Notes: generated by a model not told the origin, from the sequence alone. A stretch of 63,577 nt of DNA, filler included, from Trichomonas gallinae (GCA_008369845.1; 6 parts of 6 records of this genome joined end to end with filler, not necessarily neighbours in it), one strand, 5' to 3'. Positions 10,825 through 23,277 are shown, counted from the whole stretch's first letter. Translations and numbers: made by a program.

Positions 10825-12322
10825 AACTATGATATACGTTTAGATATTTCAAAAATATTTATTTGTCAAAACAATAATTTACACGTCAGAATTTCTTTAC
10901 AAATATATAATACTGCACCAATGCGCCTAATATTCATATTATTATTTATAAAACCTTGTTTGTTCAACTAAATGAAATTTTAGAATGTGCCAAAACTGGC
11001 CTCTAGTTGCCAAAGAACCAACAAGAATTAATTTTTTCACCAAATACCTGAAAGAAGATAATCCTTTTGTCTATTTCACTAATGAAGTTACAATGGAAAT
11101 AACGGGCAAAATAATGACTTTTTTAAACGTTTATAATCATTTTAATCGAAATTTGTTTTATCCAAAATCTTCTAATTGACACACTATATATGATATATAA
11201 TCTACAAAGAATAATTTCTATTATTGAAGAAATGGTGAGGAAAATGCGACTCTAATGGCTAACTTTTTATCTGGAAATTATTAAAATAGTTTAACACATA
11301 TATAGTGATGCTTATACAAGAGTATATTATTTTCATTAAAGTGTTTATACCATACTCTATCTATATCCACATAGCATCCGGCAAGGAGAGGACTCAATCG
11401 CCCAATAAACCCATTTTTTGTAAAATTTGTAAACCATTCAAAGATACCCCCTGAAATAAATTGCTATCCCTTAAATTTATGCATGAAAATTTTTGGAAAA
11501 GTGACCGATCGCCTCCTCAATTCTCATGATTGAATATGAGTAATTTAACAAGTCTTTAACAGTTTTGTCATATTTTAGAGCTCATATCAAGTTATTTAGT
11601 CTAATTTGAAAGTTACATCCTTCTATCTTGTTTGGATGGTTCAAAAGTGATGATTTGACAAAATGATTATTTACGTGCCAGAATAACTTTACAATTTCTT
11701 TATAATGTTTCAATACTCCCTAATATTCATATTTTCAAACTAATTTTGAGCTGTATAGTCTAATTTGAAAATTGTATTCTTCTAACTCGTATTTATCTAA
11801 TTCAAATTAGATGAAACTATGGAATAAAGGGCTTTATTTGTTAATAGAAAGTATTTTAGGACATTACAGATTGGAAATAACTTCATCAATCGAAGATAAA
11901 CTGTTAATTTAATTAATTTAATTTTTTATAACCTTGAATTTTAAAACTTAAATATTGTTGTATTCATATTATTTGTATTCCTTTAGAAATAATCAAATAA
12001 GATAGTTTACATGTCAAATAAAATGAATTGAATTGTTTATTTGGCACATTATAAAATTGAATGATTTACATGTCATAACGTGCCTATCATATGTCGAACT
12101 TCAGGAATAATTAAACAACATTTGAAGTGTATTAGCGTGTGACAGTGCTCGTTATAATGCCAACGGAAGTCAAGAAAATAAAAATGGATATCGAGCAAAA
12201 ACTGACGCTTTTGAGGTTGTCAATTTTCTAACTAGTAACTATAGTTTTATAGTGTATTAATTCATGTCATGTTTTGTCAATGATTTTTGTTAATAAATTT
12301 TCAAAAAATCTTTATTGAGCGT

Positions 12323-13642
12323 ATGAATCGCTCCCAGACGTTCCTTGAAGAGTCCTCGGTTAAGTTAAGTGAGCTTTCGTCAGCGATGTCCGATGCTTTC
12401 TCGAAAGCAGCAGAGCTTTCAGATCTAGCACGTCTTCCTACGCAATCATTTAACTCTATTCAAAGAGCAATAGGATATTCTAAAGATGTTTCTGTGTGTA
12501 AAATACCGCACCCCGAGCTGGCAAATTCGTTTGATATAATTTTGAACCGAATTAAAGAGATACAAAATGATCCAAATTATGATAAAGATCCAAACTTGAA
12601 ACTACAAATGGTTCTTTGCTATATAGCAATATGTGACTACACAACAGCATTTATACTTATGGGTAACATACATGAAACTTTAGAAGGCTTCATTAGTCCT
12701 TATCATCCTCTCGTTATCGGCTCATTATATCAATACTTCGATTATCACGATAAATCTGTTTGGTATTATACGAATTGTTTGTCGCAAAACCTTGGAGTAG
12801 AAAATACATTCGAACTTTTATTCAGACTGGGTATTTCTTACCGATCGCTTGGCTACCACAACGAGTCAATCAGTTGTTTCAAGCAACTTTATGACTTTTT
12901 GCCTAGCTATTTGCAGCAGTATGACGTAGATTTGCAAGTCGCAACATCATTCTTGGCTGCTGGTAAATACGCTCAAGCCTCAAACATGTTCAATCAGTTA
13001 TACACCAAATTCCCTGAAAATGAAAATGTAATACAGTCTTATTTATGGTGCTTGTATCTTGAATCAAAGCAACAGCAGAATTTCAAAAAGGCATTGTCAT
13101 TTATTTCAGTTATGCCACAAAAATTCAAAGCTATTCCTACTGTTAATTTGATTTGCGGTAGAGTTTTTATGGCAATCGATGATAACCGTACAGCTTACGA
13201 TAATTTAACGCAATGCATTACAGAAATGACCATATCGCCGTATTACTGGTGTATGCTTGGATCAATTTACTCGAAGAACGAACAAATTGATGATAGCATT
13301 ATGGCCTATCAGAGAGCTTTGCATCTTGATATTAGATGTACAGAAGCATGGTTCAATCTTGTTTTGAACGTCCTTCGTCAAGGAAATGGAAAACATGCAG
13401 AATTGATTGTAGCAAATGCAAGAAATGAATGTCCGGAGGTTATCCCGGCATTAGAAAGCCTTATTAAGATGAAGCAGGCAACAATCATGGATATTGATGA
13501 TTCCAAGCTTTTCATTCTTCCAGCAGAAGCAATTGCAAAATCTTTAACAGATTCAATACCGCAATTGTCACCGGTTGATCTTGGACTCCCAGAGAATACG
13601 CAAATATTTGCTCAAACAAGAAGAATTGCTTCAGCATTCTAA
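12323..13642 (+). CDS. TPR protein, Ssn6/Cyc8-like
   Basis: TPRs such as ELLFRLGISY and YYWCMLGSIYSKNEQIDDSIMAYQRALHLDIRCTEAWFNL match the pattern of the Ssn6/UTX-type C-terminal TPRs. ATG at 12323. Confidence 0.7.
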   Translation: MNRSQTFLEESSVKLSELSSAMSDAFSKAAELSDLARLPTQSFNSIQRAIGYSKDVSVCKIPHPELANSFDIILNRIKEIQNDPNYDKDPNLKLQMVLCYIAICDYTTAFILMGNIHETLEGFISPYHPLVIGSLYQYFDYHDKSVWYYTNCLSQNLGVENTFELLFRLGISYRSLGYHNESISCFKQLYDFLPSYLQQYDVDLQVATSFLAAGKYAQASNMFNQLYTKFPENENVIQSYLWCLYLESKQQQNFKKALSFISVMPQKFKAIPTVNLICGRVFMAIDDNRTAYDNLTQCITEMTISPYYWCMLGSIYSKNEQIDDSIMAYQRALHLDIRCTEAWFNLVLNVLRQGNGKHAELIVANARNECPEVIPALESLIKMKQATIMDIDDSKLFILPAEAIAKSLTDSIPQLSPVDLGLPENTQIFAQTRRIASAF

Positions 13643-13786
13643 AATTCAAAATTTGGAATTCCAGAAAAAGCGAGTAATGTATTAGGAGTCCTCTGTATTT
13701 GGAAACCTCATATTAGATTTTTTTGGATATCTCAAATTATTATATTTGTATGTAGATATAGTTTTTATAAATAAACGTTATGTTAG

Positions 13787-14950
13787 ATGTTAGAATTGAT
13801 TGCCATTTTGCTTCAAAAAAATCATTTTTTTTCTTTTGTTTCCAATCAAATGAATTTTTGCACAATGTTATTAATGCCAACTGTTGGCTCATCCGTTCAC
13901 ATTATACAGAAATTCCTATTTGAATGCAAGGGAACAGGAGTAAATGGCCCTGAAAAGTTTCATAAACCATATTATTTTACATGGCTCGGATCTCTCGGAA
14001 TGTTTCTTGTTTTCGTTTACTCATTCGTAATGAATCCAATTGGTATGATTGCCAAGTACAAAAACAAACAATTTATCAAACCATTTTTATATCTCGCGAT
14101 AGCAACATTTTTCAATTTATCAGCAGGTACTCTTAGTAATATTTCGTCATTATATATAAATTACTCCGTCTCTCTCATGCTTAGAAGCTCAACTCTAATT
14201 TTTGGTGCATTAATATCTACATATTACCTGAAAAAGCCACTAAAAAAGCATCAAAAGATTGGTGTTTATCTAACTTTACTCGCAATTGTCTTTGTTACAA
14301 TATCAGCTCTATTGAGTGGAAGTAAATCAACGCATAAAATCGCCAACTCGCAAACAATTGCATTCTTTGTTATAATTCGTACACTTTCCAAGTCTCTTCA
14401 AGCCATTTCCATGCTCATCGAAGAAAAAGTCATGAAAACAGGAGGAATTTCTCCAGTTGAAGTCACAGGACTAAATGGAATCTGGTCGCTCATATTTTCC
14501 ACTCTTTTGTTTCCTATTGATGGCCTTAAAGATACATTTTTGATGATTATTAGCAGCACAACTATATTAATACTATCTATAGCTTCTGTTGTTGTGTTTG
14601 CAATATGGACTATTCTTGGTCTTCAGATAACAAGCAAAGCTTCTGCAGTATCAAGAATGGTTTTCGATCAATTAACAATTGTTTTTGTTTGGATTGTCCA
14701 GCTTTCTATATATTGGTATGTAATTGGCACAAAATATGAAGATCAGTATTTAAGAACTGGTGAAGCTTGGACAAAATATTCTATCATTCAAGTTATTGGC
14801 TTTTGCATCATGGTTTATGGAGCTTGTGTATACCAAAACATTGCAATATCGAATTGTTGCGGTGAAGATACAACTACTGCAGGAGAAAGCATCATTGAAG
14901 ATGCAGACACGTTAATAATTAAAGAGGAAGAAAACGCAATAGAAGTTTAA
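13787..14950 (+). CDS. DMT/SLC35F-type (nucleotide-sugar-like) transporter
   Basis: About 9-10 TM helices. FHKPYYFTW, SLMLRSSTLIF, MLIEEK and SAVSRMVFD are typical of the SLC35F6-like family. Start codon uncertain. Confidence 0.8.
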   Translation: MLELIAILLQKNHFFSFVSNQMNFCTMLLMPTVGSSVHIIQKFLFECKGTGVNGPEKFHKPYYFTWLGSLGMFLVFVYSFVMNPIGMIAKYKNKQFIKPFLYLAIATFFNLSAGTLSNISSLYINYSVSLMLRSSTLIFGALISTYYLKKPLKKHQKIGVYLTLLAIVFVTISALLSGSKSTHKIANSQTIAFFVIIRTLSKSLQAISMLIEEKVMKTGGISPVEVTGLNGIWSLIFSTLLFPIDGLKDTFLMIISSTTILILSIASVVVFAIWTILGLQITSKASAVSRMVFDQLTIVFVWIVQLSIYWYVIGTKYEDQYLRTGEAWTKYSIIQVIGFCIMVYGACVYQNIAISNCCGEDTTTAGESIIEDADTLIIKEEENAIEV

Positions 14951-15355
14951 AATTGTTGAGCTTAAAGACAATGAATTCAATGAATGAAGCTCATCAAACA
15001 CGAAAAATAATAAGATAATCAATATTTGTCCATAATTTGATATCTTACCTATGGATATATGCGATTTATTGCTTGTTTTCATCATACCTCAGTGCAAAAC
15101 TCGAAAACAAAACAATATTGAAATTTTTTTCGATATTATAAATTTTTAATCTTGTTTGTTGTTATATAAACTATTTTCCACGACTGTTATCATGTGTTGA
15201 GTTAATTCGCTGAAAATCAACGAAAATAAAAAATTTAATCAAATAACGAACTTTTTTCGATATTAATAATACAAAAAGTGAAATAAATGAGATATATATG
15301 CGATTTATCAGCAAATTAACCCAAAAAGAAATAGTAACAGAATCAAAAATAAAAA

Positions 15356-15775
15356 ATGGCGATTAGTCTTCCATTGGAGCTTTTCTACGCTACATCATGC
15401 GACGACTTATATCCACCATCCAATGTTATAGATCCTGATGAGACAACATTTTGGACAACTACAGGCCTCTACCCACAAGAATGCGTGTTGAAATTCAAAA
15501 ACCCAGCGCAAATCGTTAGAATTACAACAATCACTGGTAAAGTTCGCTCAGTAATTATTTACGCTGCAACAGATAAGGATTTGACTCAATGGATCGAAAT
15601 AGATTCATTTAATCTTCCTGCTCAGCCAATCAAGCAACAAGAAACTCACCAGCTTAGCCTTAGAAGCACTACATATGGTGTTAAAATTGTTATAAATCAA
15701 GGCTGGGGTCCATTTGCTGCTTTATATCTTTGTAAGATTGAAGGCATCACTGTTCATGAAAAGGAAGATGAATAA
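15356..15775 (+). CDS. IFT25: Intraflagellar transport protein 25 (HSPB11)
   Basis: ATSCDDLYPPSNVIDPDETTFWTTTGLYPQE matches the IFT25 N-terminal signature, and the 139-aa size fits. Confidence 0.85.
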   Translation: MAISLPLELFYATSCDDLYPPSNVIDPDETTFWTTTGLYPQECVLKFKNPAQIVRITTITGKVRSVIIYAATDKDLTQWIEIDSFNLPAQPIKQQETHQLSLRSTTYGVKIVINQGWGPFAALYLCKIEGITVHEKEDE

Positions 15776-16469
15776 ATTTAATATTTATCTGTTTTGTTAA
15801 ATCTCATCGCTATAATTACATGAAATAAAATTAAATTAAGATTCTCAATAACAATACCCTTTTAATTTCTATATCTAATCTAATCATATCAAATTCTCTT
15901 TATAAGAAGACACTAAATCATGAAAATAATATTGAAAGTGATTAATCATTGGAAATAAAGAAAAAGGGATGTATATTTATCGATCATAATGTGAATATTC
16001 GGTCAATATTGCATATAATCCTCTCTATTTTAAAAATCAAATTTCCTTAATCTCTTGTCATGTAAATTTTTTGACTTACAATTTAAAATTTAGATATATT
16101 ATCATGTTATGATGATATTTTAAGAGGAAAATTTTCTTTATAATTTTGCCATGTAAATTTATTAAATTAAAACCATTTTGACATGAGTTAATTTTAAAAT
16201 ACCTATATGTTGATATATGATCCTCAATTAATGAGTAAAAATTATGGATTTTTCTTTGTCAAGTAAAATAAATGTGTTTTGTAAAGTTTCAAAATTGTGA
16301 AGAATTTTGATTGTTTTTGACATGTAAATGACAATAATTTTTTTGATTTTTGAAAGAAAGATGACATGTAAAAATTGTCAACATCAAACAACGTGAAGTT
16401 TGGAACATTTCTGATTCATTTCCGAAATTTCTTGATCAAATGTAAACCAATCAAATTTCAGAAACAATC

Positions 16470-17747
16470 ATGAAGAGTGTCAAACTAAACCTCGTTTACG
16501 AGGAGTCTTTCGCTCAGCTGCAACATGCTGTCAAGACGAATATCGACCTCATGAATACAATTATCGACTCTTTGAGCCACTTCAAAACTTCTACAGATGA
16601 TATCCAAGCGGAACTAAACAAAAAGTACAAAAGCCTCCCAAAAGAAATTAACATTAAGGTGGGTAAATCCATCTTCAAGCGCAAAAAGGAAGACGGAAAA
16701 GGACATGAAACAAGACTTAAAGAGATCATGGATGCGATGTTTTTGTCTATTATTGATCCCGATAATGTATCCTTCTTCGTCAAGAAATTAGATGATATAT
16801 TCTTGAACAAATTCACCGAAATCAAAAATTTATACGTGAAAGGAAGCCAAAGAATGACAGCGAATTACGAAAAGAGCATCGAAGCAATCAAACAAAAACA
16901 TTACGCCTACGAAATTGCACATGAGCAATATAGTACTGCCTTCAATAAAGCAGTAGATGCTTATAACCAGTTCAAATCGGATCGTACACCAGAAACAAAG
17001 GAGCAGTTCCTCTTAATCAAGCAAACTTTCCTTGATTGCCAGAAAGCGCTCGAGTATAACTTAGACATTTTGAATCAAGCACGATTAACCTTCAACGAAG
17101 AGTACAATGTCACTCTAGCTATATGGGAAGAAGCTGAAATCGAACGCCAGAATTCTGTTAACGTTCTGTTGAAAGAATTCTCACAAGTTCTGCAAACACT
17201 CGCGCAATTAAATAAATCATGCGCATTACAAATGAAACAGATAGAAAAAATATACGACTTCGAAGCTGATCATCCGCAATTTAATTCGCCATTGTTTACG
17301 CGTCAATCAGATGAATTAACATATGTTAATTTTTCAGCGCCAGACATGCCTATTGATATTACGGAATTTATACCTATAACGGAATACTTTTCCGATGAGT
17401 TAGAAAAATACGAGGATCATATTATCCACGATTTCGAAGGAGATATCTTCCTTCCTGCTGGAACTCTTGTGACTGTGCATGCCATTTATAATGGTGTTGC
17501 TGATTGCTCCGCTATAGATACTGATGAGCCTACTTTAGTTCCAATCAAATATTTAAGCGGAGAAAAATCGAACCGAAGAAAACTTGTTCGCATCACAAAA
17601 GACTACAAGACCGGTGGTGTTAAGCTGAAAGAAGGAACAATCGTTTGCGCTGTGCATTACGATGAATCTAATGTTTTGTGCATAACAGCGAACAATGTTA
17701 AAGTTAGAGTTCCTTTGAATATCATTGGAGATGCATATGTACAGTAA
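16470..17747 (+). CDS. F-BAR-like coiled-coil protein with degenerate SH3-like C-terminal domains
   Basis: Helical N-terminal ~270 aa with EEAEIERQ; C-terminal HDFEGD..LPAGTLV and KDYK..LKEGTIV SH3-like segments. Confidence 0.6.
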   Translation: MKSVKLNLVYEESFAQLQHAVKTNIDLMNTIIDSLSHFKTSTDDIQAELNKKYKSLPKEINIKVGKSIFKRKKEDGKGHETRLKEIMDAMFLSIIDPDNVSFFVKKLDDIFLNKFTEIKNLYVKGSQRMTANYEKSIEAIKQKHYAYEIAHEQYSTAFNKAVDAYNQFKSDRTPETKEQFLLIKQTFLDCQKALEYNLDILNQARLTFNEEYNVTLAIWEEAEIERQNSVNVLLKEFSQVLQTLAQLNKSCALQMKQIEKIYDFEADHPQFNSPLFTRQSDELTYVNFSAPDMPIDITEFIPITEYFSDELEKYEDHIIHDFEGDIFLPAGTLVTVHAIYNGVADCSAIDTDEPTLVPIKYLSGEKSNRRKLVRITKDYKTGGVKLKEGTIVCAVHYDESNVLCITANNVKVRVPLNIIGDAYVQ

Positions 17748-18231
17748 TTCATCAATTTTTTATCACTTTGTTTATTTTTTACCAATAAAATTATTTTTCA
17801 CAATATTGATATGATATTCCAAGTATTTGCTTCAATGCACCACTTATTATAGATATTCATGCATTTGTATAAAGATTATATTTTATTCAATAAAAAAACA
17901 AATTACATCCAAAACAAACATAAAAATGAGGAAAATCACACTTACAAACCATGATCCTCTATATCATTTGTATCCAATGTGCATAGTTTAGAGTCTATTT
18001 GATAAGATGTTTCTCTTTTTTATTTCTTCTCGTCAATCTCGCATATTTATAATGCTTGACTGCATAACTAGCAAATTTCAAATCACTTATTTTAAATTTG
18101 TATTTTTTAGAAAAAATACCAAAAATAGATAAGTTTTAGTTATGAAATATGCAGAAGTTTTAGTTGTTGTATATGTTTTGCGATGAGTGTGAACTTGTTT
18201 CCTATGATGTTGTGTTGGAAAAAGTGATAAA

Positions 18232-18969
18232 ATGGATTTCGAGACTTGTTTGCTTTGTGTTGATGCAGTTGAAGCAGCAATGGCTTCACCGATTGGACAA
18301 GCGCTGCAAAATCTTGGTAATTCATACAATCGTCGCCTTCCATTCTCCGAAAAATATTTCAACGTGCTAGATAAGTTATATAAAAACAAATATTCTTCAC
18401 CAAAAAGCTTTCTAGACGACTATAACGACTCTATTGAAGATACAATTACTGCTAATAATGATGAATCAGAAATTACAATTGCAATACAATCAATACAGCA
18501 AATAGTCAACGAAAAAATGGAAAAATTATGCAAATTCGACAGAACTTCGTTCAGATCAAATTGTATTGACTTTATTTCGAAAATGAAAGATAATCTATCG
18601 ATTATTCCCGACGAAATTAACGATTTTGCTGAAATTGTGAATATTATCACTCATCCTAAAGAGCTATTACTAGACTACATCTATAATGACGATAGCGATA
18701 TCCAAGACTTCGAACCTGATGATGCAGAAATTTTATCATTAAAGAGTCAGCTAATGAGGCTAAAGAAGGACGAAGATTTAATGGAAATAGGCAAACTAGT
18801 GAAGCATTACGAAGAAACAGCGATTATTGCTCCAAATGGAACAATTGATTTCGATCTCTATAAATGCAGCAAATACACAATTAAGCTTATACAAGGAATG
18901 ATAGCAACAATGGAAGTGCGCGAAATACAAACCGAAGAACCTCCACAACCTCAGCCTTCTCAAGTTTAA
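18232..18969 (+). CDS. Degenerate bromodomain + extraterminal (ET) domain protein
   Basis: DKLYKNKYSSPKSFLDD is bromodomain-like. C-terminal IDFDLYKCSKYTIKL is the ET-domain signature. Confidence 0.6.
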   Translation: MDFETCLLCVDAVEAAMASPIGQALQNLGNSYNRRLPFSEKYFNVLDKLYKNKYSSPKSFLDDYNDSIEDTITANNDESEITIAIQSIQQIVNEKMEKLCKFDRTSFRSNCIDFISKMKDNLSIIPDEINDFAEIVNIITHPKELLLDYIYNDDSDIQDFEPDDAEILSLKSQLMRLKKDEDLMEIGKLVKHYEETAIIAPNGTIDFDLYKCSKYTIKLIQGMIATMEVREIQTEEPPQPQPSQV

Positions 18970-19205
18970 ATCTCATTTTATCTTGTAGCCTTATCATTGT
19001 TGTTAGCACCATTAGTTTCATAGATTTATTGTTTGAAAAAGAAGAATAAAATCATTATAACTTTATTTTTTAATAAATGATCATATTATTAAAGAAATAA
19101 CTACAGAAGATGATTAAATTACTTCATCAAAATGCATCTCTTGTAGATATATAAAGAAAAATTAATAAAACTCTATTTTAATAAAATAACACGAATATAA
19201 TCATA

Positions 19206-20363
19206 TTATATGAAGAGCATCTCATCACCACCAATTTCTGGGCAGTATTTTAGATATGGGGCAACAATTCCTTTAAATTGAGATAATAATATTGGTTTCA
19301 TCATCTCCTCACCATTAAGAACAGCTCTAACATAGAATCTTCCGCCCATTCTCCAGATTTCAAAGGTCAAATGCGAGGCAAAAGGTGGAATCTTATTAAT
19401 TTTAACTCCTAATATATCTAGAGCTGCAACAATGCTTATATCATGACCAGAAAGCAAAACAAACTTCTTGGTGTTTTCTCCTGCTTGTTTGGCTTCAATA
19501 TGCTGCAAAATTTCACGTAATATTGATGCGCCAGCAACACCGCGCTGATGCTGATAGAAATCAATAGTATAGAACTCTACAGCATCTATGGCAATGTCTA
19601 ACATCTCCTGCGTGATGAAATCTGGAATTTCTTTTCCGACACAAGCGATTGTGTAAAGCCAATCACCAACCCATAGCCACTGCCAGTCATCCCAATCAAG
19701 TCCTGTGTCTTCTACGAGTTTTCTAAGCAAAGGCTCTGCAGCAGCTTTCTTTTCCAAATATTTCGGCGATTGGATCCAATCTTTGTATGATTTTGTTAAG
19801 TCATCGCAGTGGTCTGGACGAGGATGAAGAATTTCCTCTAAATCAGTGCCTGTTATGATTTTCAATAATTCATCTGGTGATTCAGGTGGATACATTCCAT
19901 GGATGAAGGATTCAGCTGATCTGATGCATCTTTCTGGCTCTGAAGAACGGATGTACATGAAATCAGGGTCGTAATAAGGAGGAAGGAAATTGAGTTCATC
20001 AACTAAATGAGTTCTATAGAATTTTCCGAGCTCTTCATGCATATCCTGGCCTTCTACAGTGAGATCTGCTGTCCTACATGATGGAGGATATGCTATAATT
20101 TCAGGTTCGTAAATTGTATGATATCTTCTGTATTTTTCGGTTAATGTCGTTGACATTCTTGGTGATGCAGATGTATTTGATTCACAAATCCATCCATTTG
20201 GCTTGTACTGGCCATATCCGTCGAAAGGCGCGCGAAATCCATGCCTCGTTAGTAAAATAACTTGTTCGAGCGTTGCATTATCTGGTTTTGGCAGTGCTTT
20301 GTGTTTTGGGGTACAAGTGTAGTCGAACTTCAATGAAGAACAAAAAGAAAGAAAAACAAACAT
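19206..20363 (-). CDS. Histidine acid phosphatase
   Basis: RHGFRAP and SGHD catalytic motifs; signal peptide. Confidence 0.92.
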   Translation of the reverse strand: MFVFLSFCSSLKFDYTCTPKHKALPKPDNATLEQVILLTRHGFRAPFDGYGQYKPNGWICESNTSASPRMSTTLTEKYRRYHTIYEPEIIAYPPSCRTADLTVEGQDMHEELGKFYRTHLVDELNFLPPYYDPDFMYIRSSEPERCIRSAESFIHGMYPPESPDELLKIITGTDLEEILHPRPDHCDDLTKSYKDWIQSPKYLEKKAAAEPLLRKLVEDTGLDWDDWQWLWVGDWLYTIACVGKEIPDFITQEMLDIAIDAVEFYTIDFYQHQRGVAGASILREILQHIEAKQAGENTKKFVLLSGHDISIVAALDILGVKINKIPPFASHLTFEIWRMGGRFYVRAVLNGEEMMKPILLSQFKGIVAPYLKYCPEIGGDEMLFI

Positions 20364-21016
20364 ATTAAGAAAAAATAGGGTCTAAATTATTTAAAAAGGG
20401 GATAATAATGGCAAATTGACAATATATTTGAATGGTTTACAAACTGACATTTTTATACAAAATCTGATATGTAAAGTGTCAAAAATCCTAATTTCTAGCT
20501 CTAGATCCTCTAAAACTAACATCTAGCATCATATCTACCACACATTTTAATCCATCAATAACAAAACCAAAATCAAGATTTCATTTCATTAAATTTGATT
20601 AGAGTCAGGTGAAATGGCGCAAAAATGTTCATTGTATTTATCATATGTGCTGTATATATTTTAATTTTTAAATGAAAGAAAACAAAGCAATAACTCAATG
20701 AAATTTGATTTGAATCAAATATTTCTCATCTGTGCTGTATATATATTAGTCCTTGAATAATGAAGCATAAAGCTAAATAAACATAATGTCATTCTTCGAT
20801 ATTTGACTTCTTGAATGAAACATCGAATAAACAGAGCAATTAAGCTCAAACTCTATAAATAGGTGCAATACCATATGGTTTATGCCTTGATCCTGTTGTT
20901 GTAGCATCCTGTTTTGAAAACTCTAAGATATTATAACTCAAAACACTAAAAAAAATCGCCCGAAAAAAACAAAAAAAAAAACAGTTCGGTTGATAACCGT
21001 TCACAATAATTTATTT

Positions 21017-22546
21017 ATGTTTTTCCCGCTTTTATTCCTCCGAAAACCACCATTTAAGACCGGAATGGTTGGTGATGCCAAATATTTCGCTCAGATATTA
21101 GACCATTTCGATACATCCAACAAAAAAACATTCAAACAAAGATATTACGTAAATAATACTTTCAAAAACGACGATACACCTAGGCTCATCGTATACATAG
21201 GTGGTGAGGCAACCTTGCGCGAATCAGCTGTAGATCATGGCTCATATATGGATCTAGCGATCCTGACAAATTCTTCCGTAGTTGCTTTAGAGCATCGTTA
21301 TTTCGGTGAATCACAGCCATTCGATGAACTTACAGCCAAAAATCTTAAATTTTTAACATCCGATCAGGCTTTGGCAGATTTAGCATATTTCATTGAAACG
21401 TATATTCACGATAACTACAATGGAAAGCGTCCGACAGTATTAGTTGTTGGTGGATCCTATCCAGGAACGCTTTCTTCATACTTCAGACTTAAATATCCTC
21501 ATATTGCAAACTTTTCGTGGGCATCATCGCCGCCACTCCTCGTTAAGAATAATTTCACCGAATACGACAAACATTGCGCCGAAGTTCTTAAAAGCAAAAG
21601 CATGCAGTGCTATATTAACACGAAAAAGATATTTGATACATTGAACGACAATCCATCAATAATCAAGCAATATGTTCCTTTCAATAAATCAACAAATGAA
21701 GTATCTCATTTATCGATTTTATCAGACTTTATCGCGGGAATTATTCAATATGATAATATTTATAACTTAGCTGAGGGATTTTGCCAAACACAGAGTGGAA
21801 AGAATGAAAATATGAAAGCATTCTTCGATTATTTCGACAAATATCGCAATGGCGCAGATCCAGATTCATTCGATGACTTCTTAAATACAAATCTTTCTAT
21901 TTATTCTGGTTATGCAGATTCAATTTCGTGGACATGGATGACTTGCAATGAATTTGGTTGGTATCAAACTGCATCTGGTGAACTTCGACCAAGCAAGGTC
22001 AATTTGAAGTACAGTGAAGATCTCTGCTTTAAACTCTTTGGCAGAGGATTAGCCCAAAACACTCAAGACAAATTTAATCAATATAATGCAAAATATCCGA
22101 AATCCACAATGATCTTCTTCACGAATGGTATGACAGATCCATGGTCAGAGCTTTCAGTTGCTGATAATATCAACAACTCTAGACTTGGCAGACATTCTGT
22201 TAAAATTGATGGCGCTTCGCATTGTTCTGACCTTCATTCAGAGAGTGAAAACGATACTGAAGATCTCAAGCGAAAGCGCCAACAAGTTATTGATACAATG
22301 AAAAGATGGCTGAAAAATTCTACCGAAACATGCAAAAACGGAGTATATATGCTCGATAGTTGCGTCTGCAATGAAGGATATACAGGAAATAAGTGCGATA
22401 TTAAGAATCCAAATTCTAAATTGTTCAACGTATTCACCGAATTAGTCGTTCTCCTCCCGACATTAATGATGATCATCATTGGATGTTCGGCATGGTGTCT
22501 GTTCAAGAAGGATGGCGAGGATACAGAAATCAAAACTATCCCATAA
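21017..22546 (+). CDS. Serine peptidase family S28 with EGF-like repeat and C-terminal TM
   Basis: QILDHF, FKQRY, LEHRYFGES, GGSYPG, DPW and SHCSDL motifs; CVCNEGYTGNKC; TM helix. ATG at 21017. Confidence 0.92.
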   Translation: MFFPLLFLRKPPFKTGMVGDAKYFAQILDHFDTSNKKTFKQRYYVNNTFKNDDTPRLIVYIGGEATLRESAVDHGSYMDLAILTNSSVVALEHRYFGESQPFDELTAKNLKFLTSDQALADLAYFIETYIHDNYNGKRPTVLVVGGSYPGTLSSYFRLKYPHIANFSWASSPPLLVKNNFTEYDKHCAEVLKSKSMQCYINTKKIFDTLNDNPSIIKQYVPFNKSTNEVSHLSILSDFIAGIIQYDNIYNLAEGFCQTQSGKNENMKAFFDYFDKYRNGADPDSFDDFLNTNLSIYSGYADSISWTWMTCNEFGWYQTASGELRPSKVNLKYSEDLCFKLFGRGLAQNTQDKFNQYNAKYPKSTMIFFTNGMTDPWSELSVADNINNSRLGRHSVKIDGASHCSDLHSESENDTEDLKRKRQQVIDTMKRWLKNSTETCKNGVYMLDSCVCNEGYTGNKCDIKNPNSKLFNVFTELVVLLPTLMMIIIGCSAWCLFKKDGEDTEIKTIP

Positions 22547-23177
22547 ATATATATATATTTTTATTCGTTTTAAAAAAGGCAGAACATTTAAATATGGATT
22601 ATTTTAATCCGGGGATAATCCAATAACATGAAAAAGTTATTTTTATTTAATTTGATGTGTAAAACAGTTTACGTGTCAAAAAAATATTCGGTTGTTGTCA
22701 ATATGATTTATGAGCAAAAAGAAGTCGAAACTTTAGCCATGTTTGCATACACTTATCTCACCCATAGATCAATCTTTTCATAATGATGCAAAGGAAGATA
22801 ATACTTGTGCACAATTTGCCATGGCTTCTGGAAAAAGTCAGGTCTGAAACGAAAGGTCACATAAGTGTACCAAAAAATGGGCTACCAGTTAGCACTTATC
22901 AATTATTTAGATAGATAGTTGAAACACAAAATGACATGAAATTTTTTTTGAAAAATGACATGTAAATAATAATGTTGACGGTTGGCAAAGCGATTTTAAA
23001 ATTCACGATTTTCGTGGAGTTTGTTCTCTAAATAAGCAAGCCGGACCTTGCCAAATACTTGAATGTTTGTGTTTTATTCAATACTTATTTTTTATTTAAT
23101 TAATCAATTGTTTCAAACATGAAATCTGAGTAATTTTATCTTTCTTCTTTTTTTTTTTTTTTTTTTTTGTGTGTGTA

Positions 23178-23277
23178 NNNNNNNNNNNNNNNNNNNNNNN
23201 NNNNNNNNNNNNNNNNNNNNNTTAATTAATTAANNNNNNNNNNNNNNNNNNNNNNNNNNNNNNNNNNNNNNNNNNNN
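23178..23277. other. Assembly spacer (N44-TTAATTAATTAA-N44)
   Basis: 100-nt artificial linker with stops in all six frames. Confidence 0.97.

Noticed and set aside
22780..22850. Box C/D snoRNA candidate (ATGATGC...CTGA)
   Set aside because: Imperfect C box and no recognisable rRNA guide.
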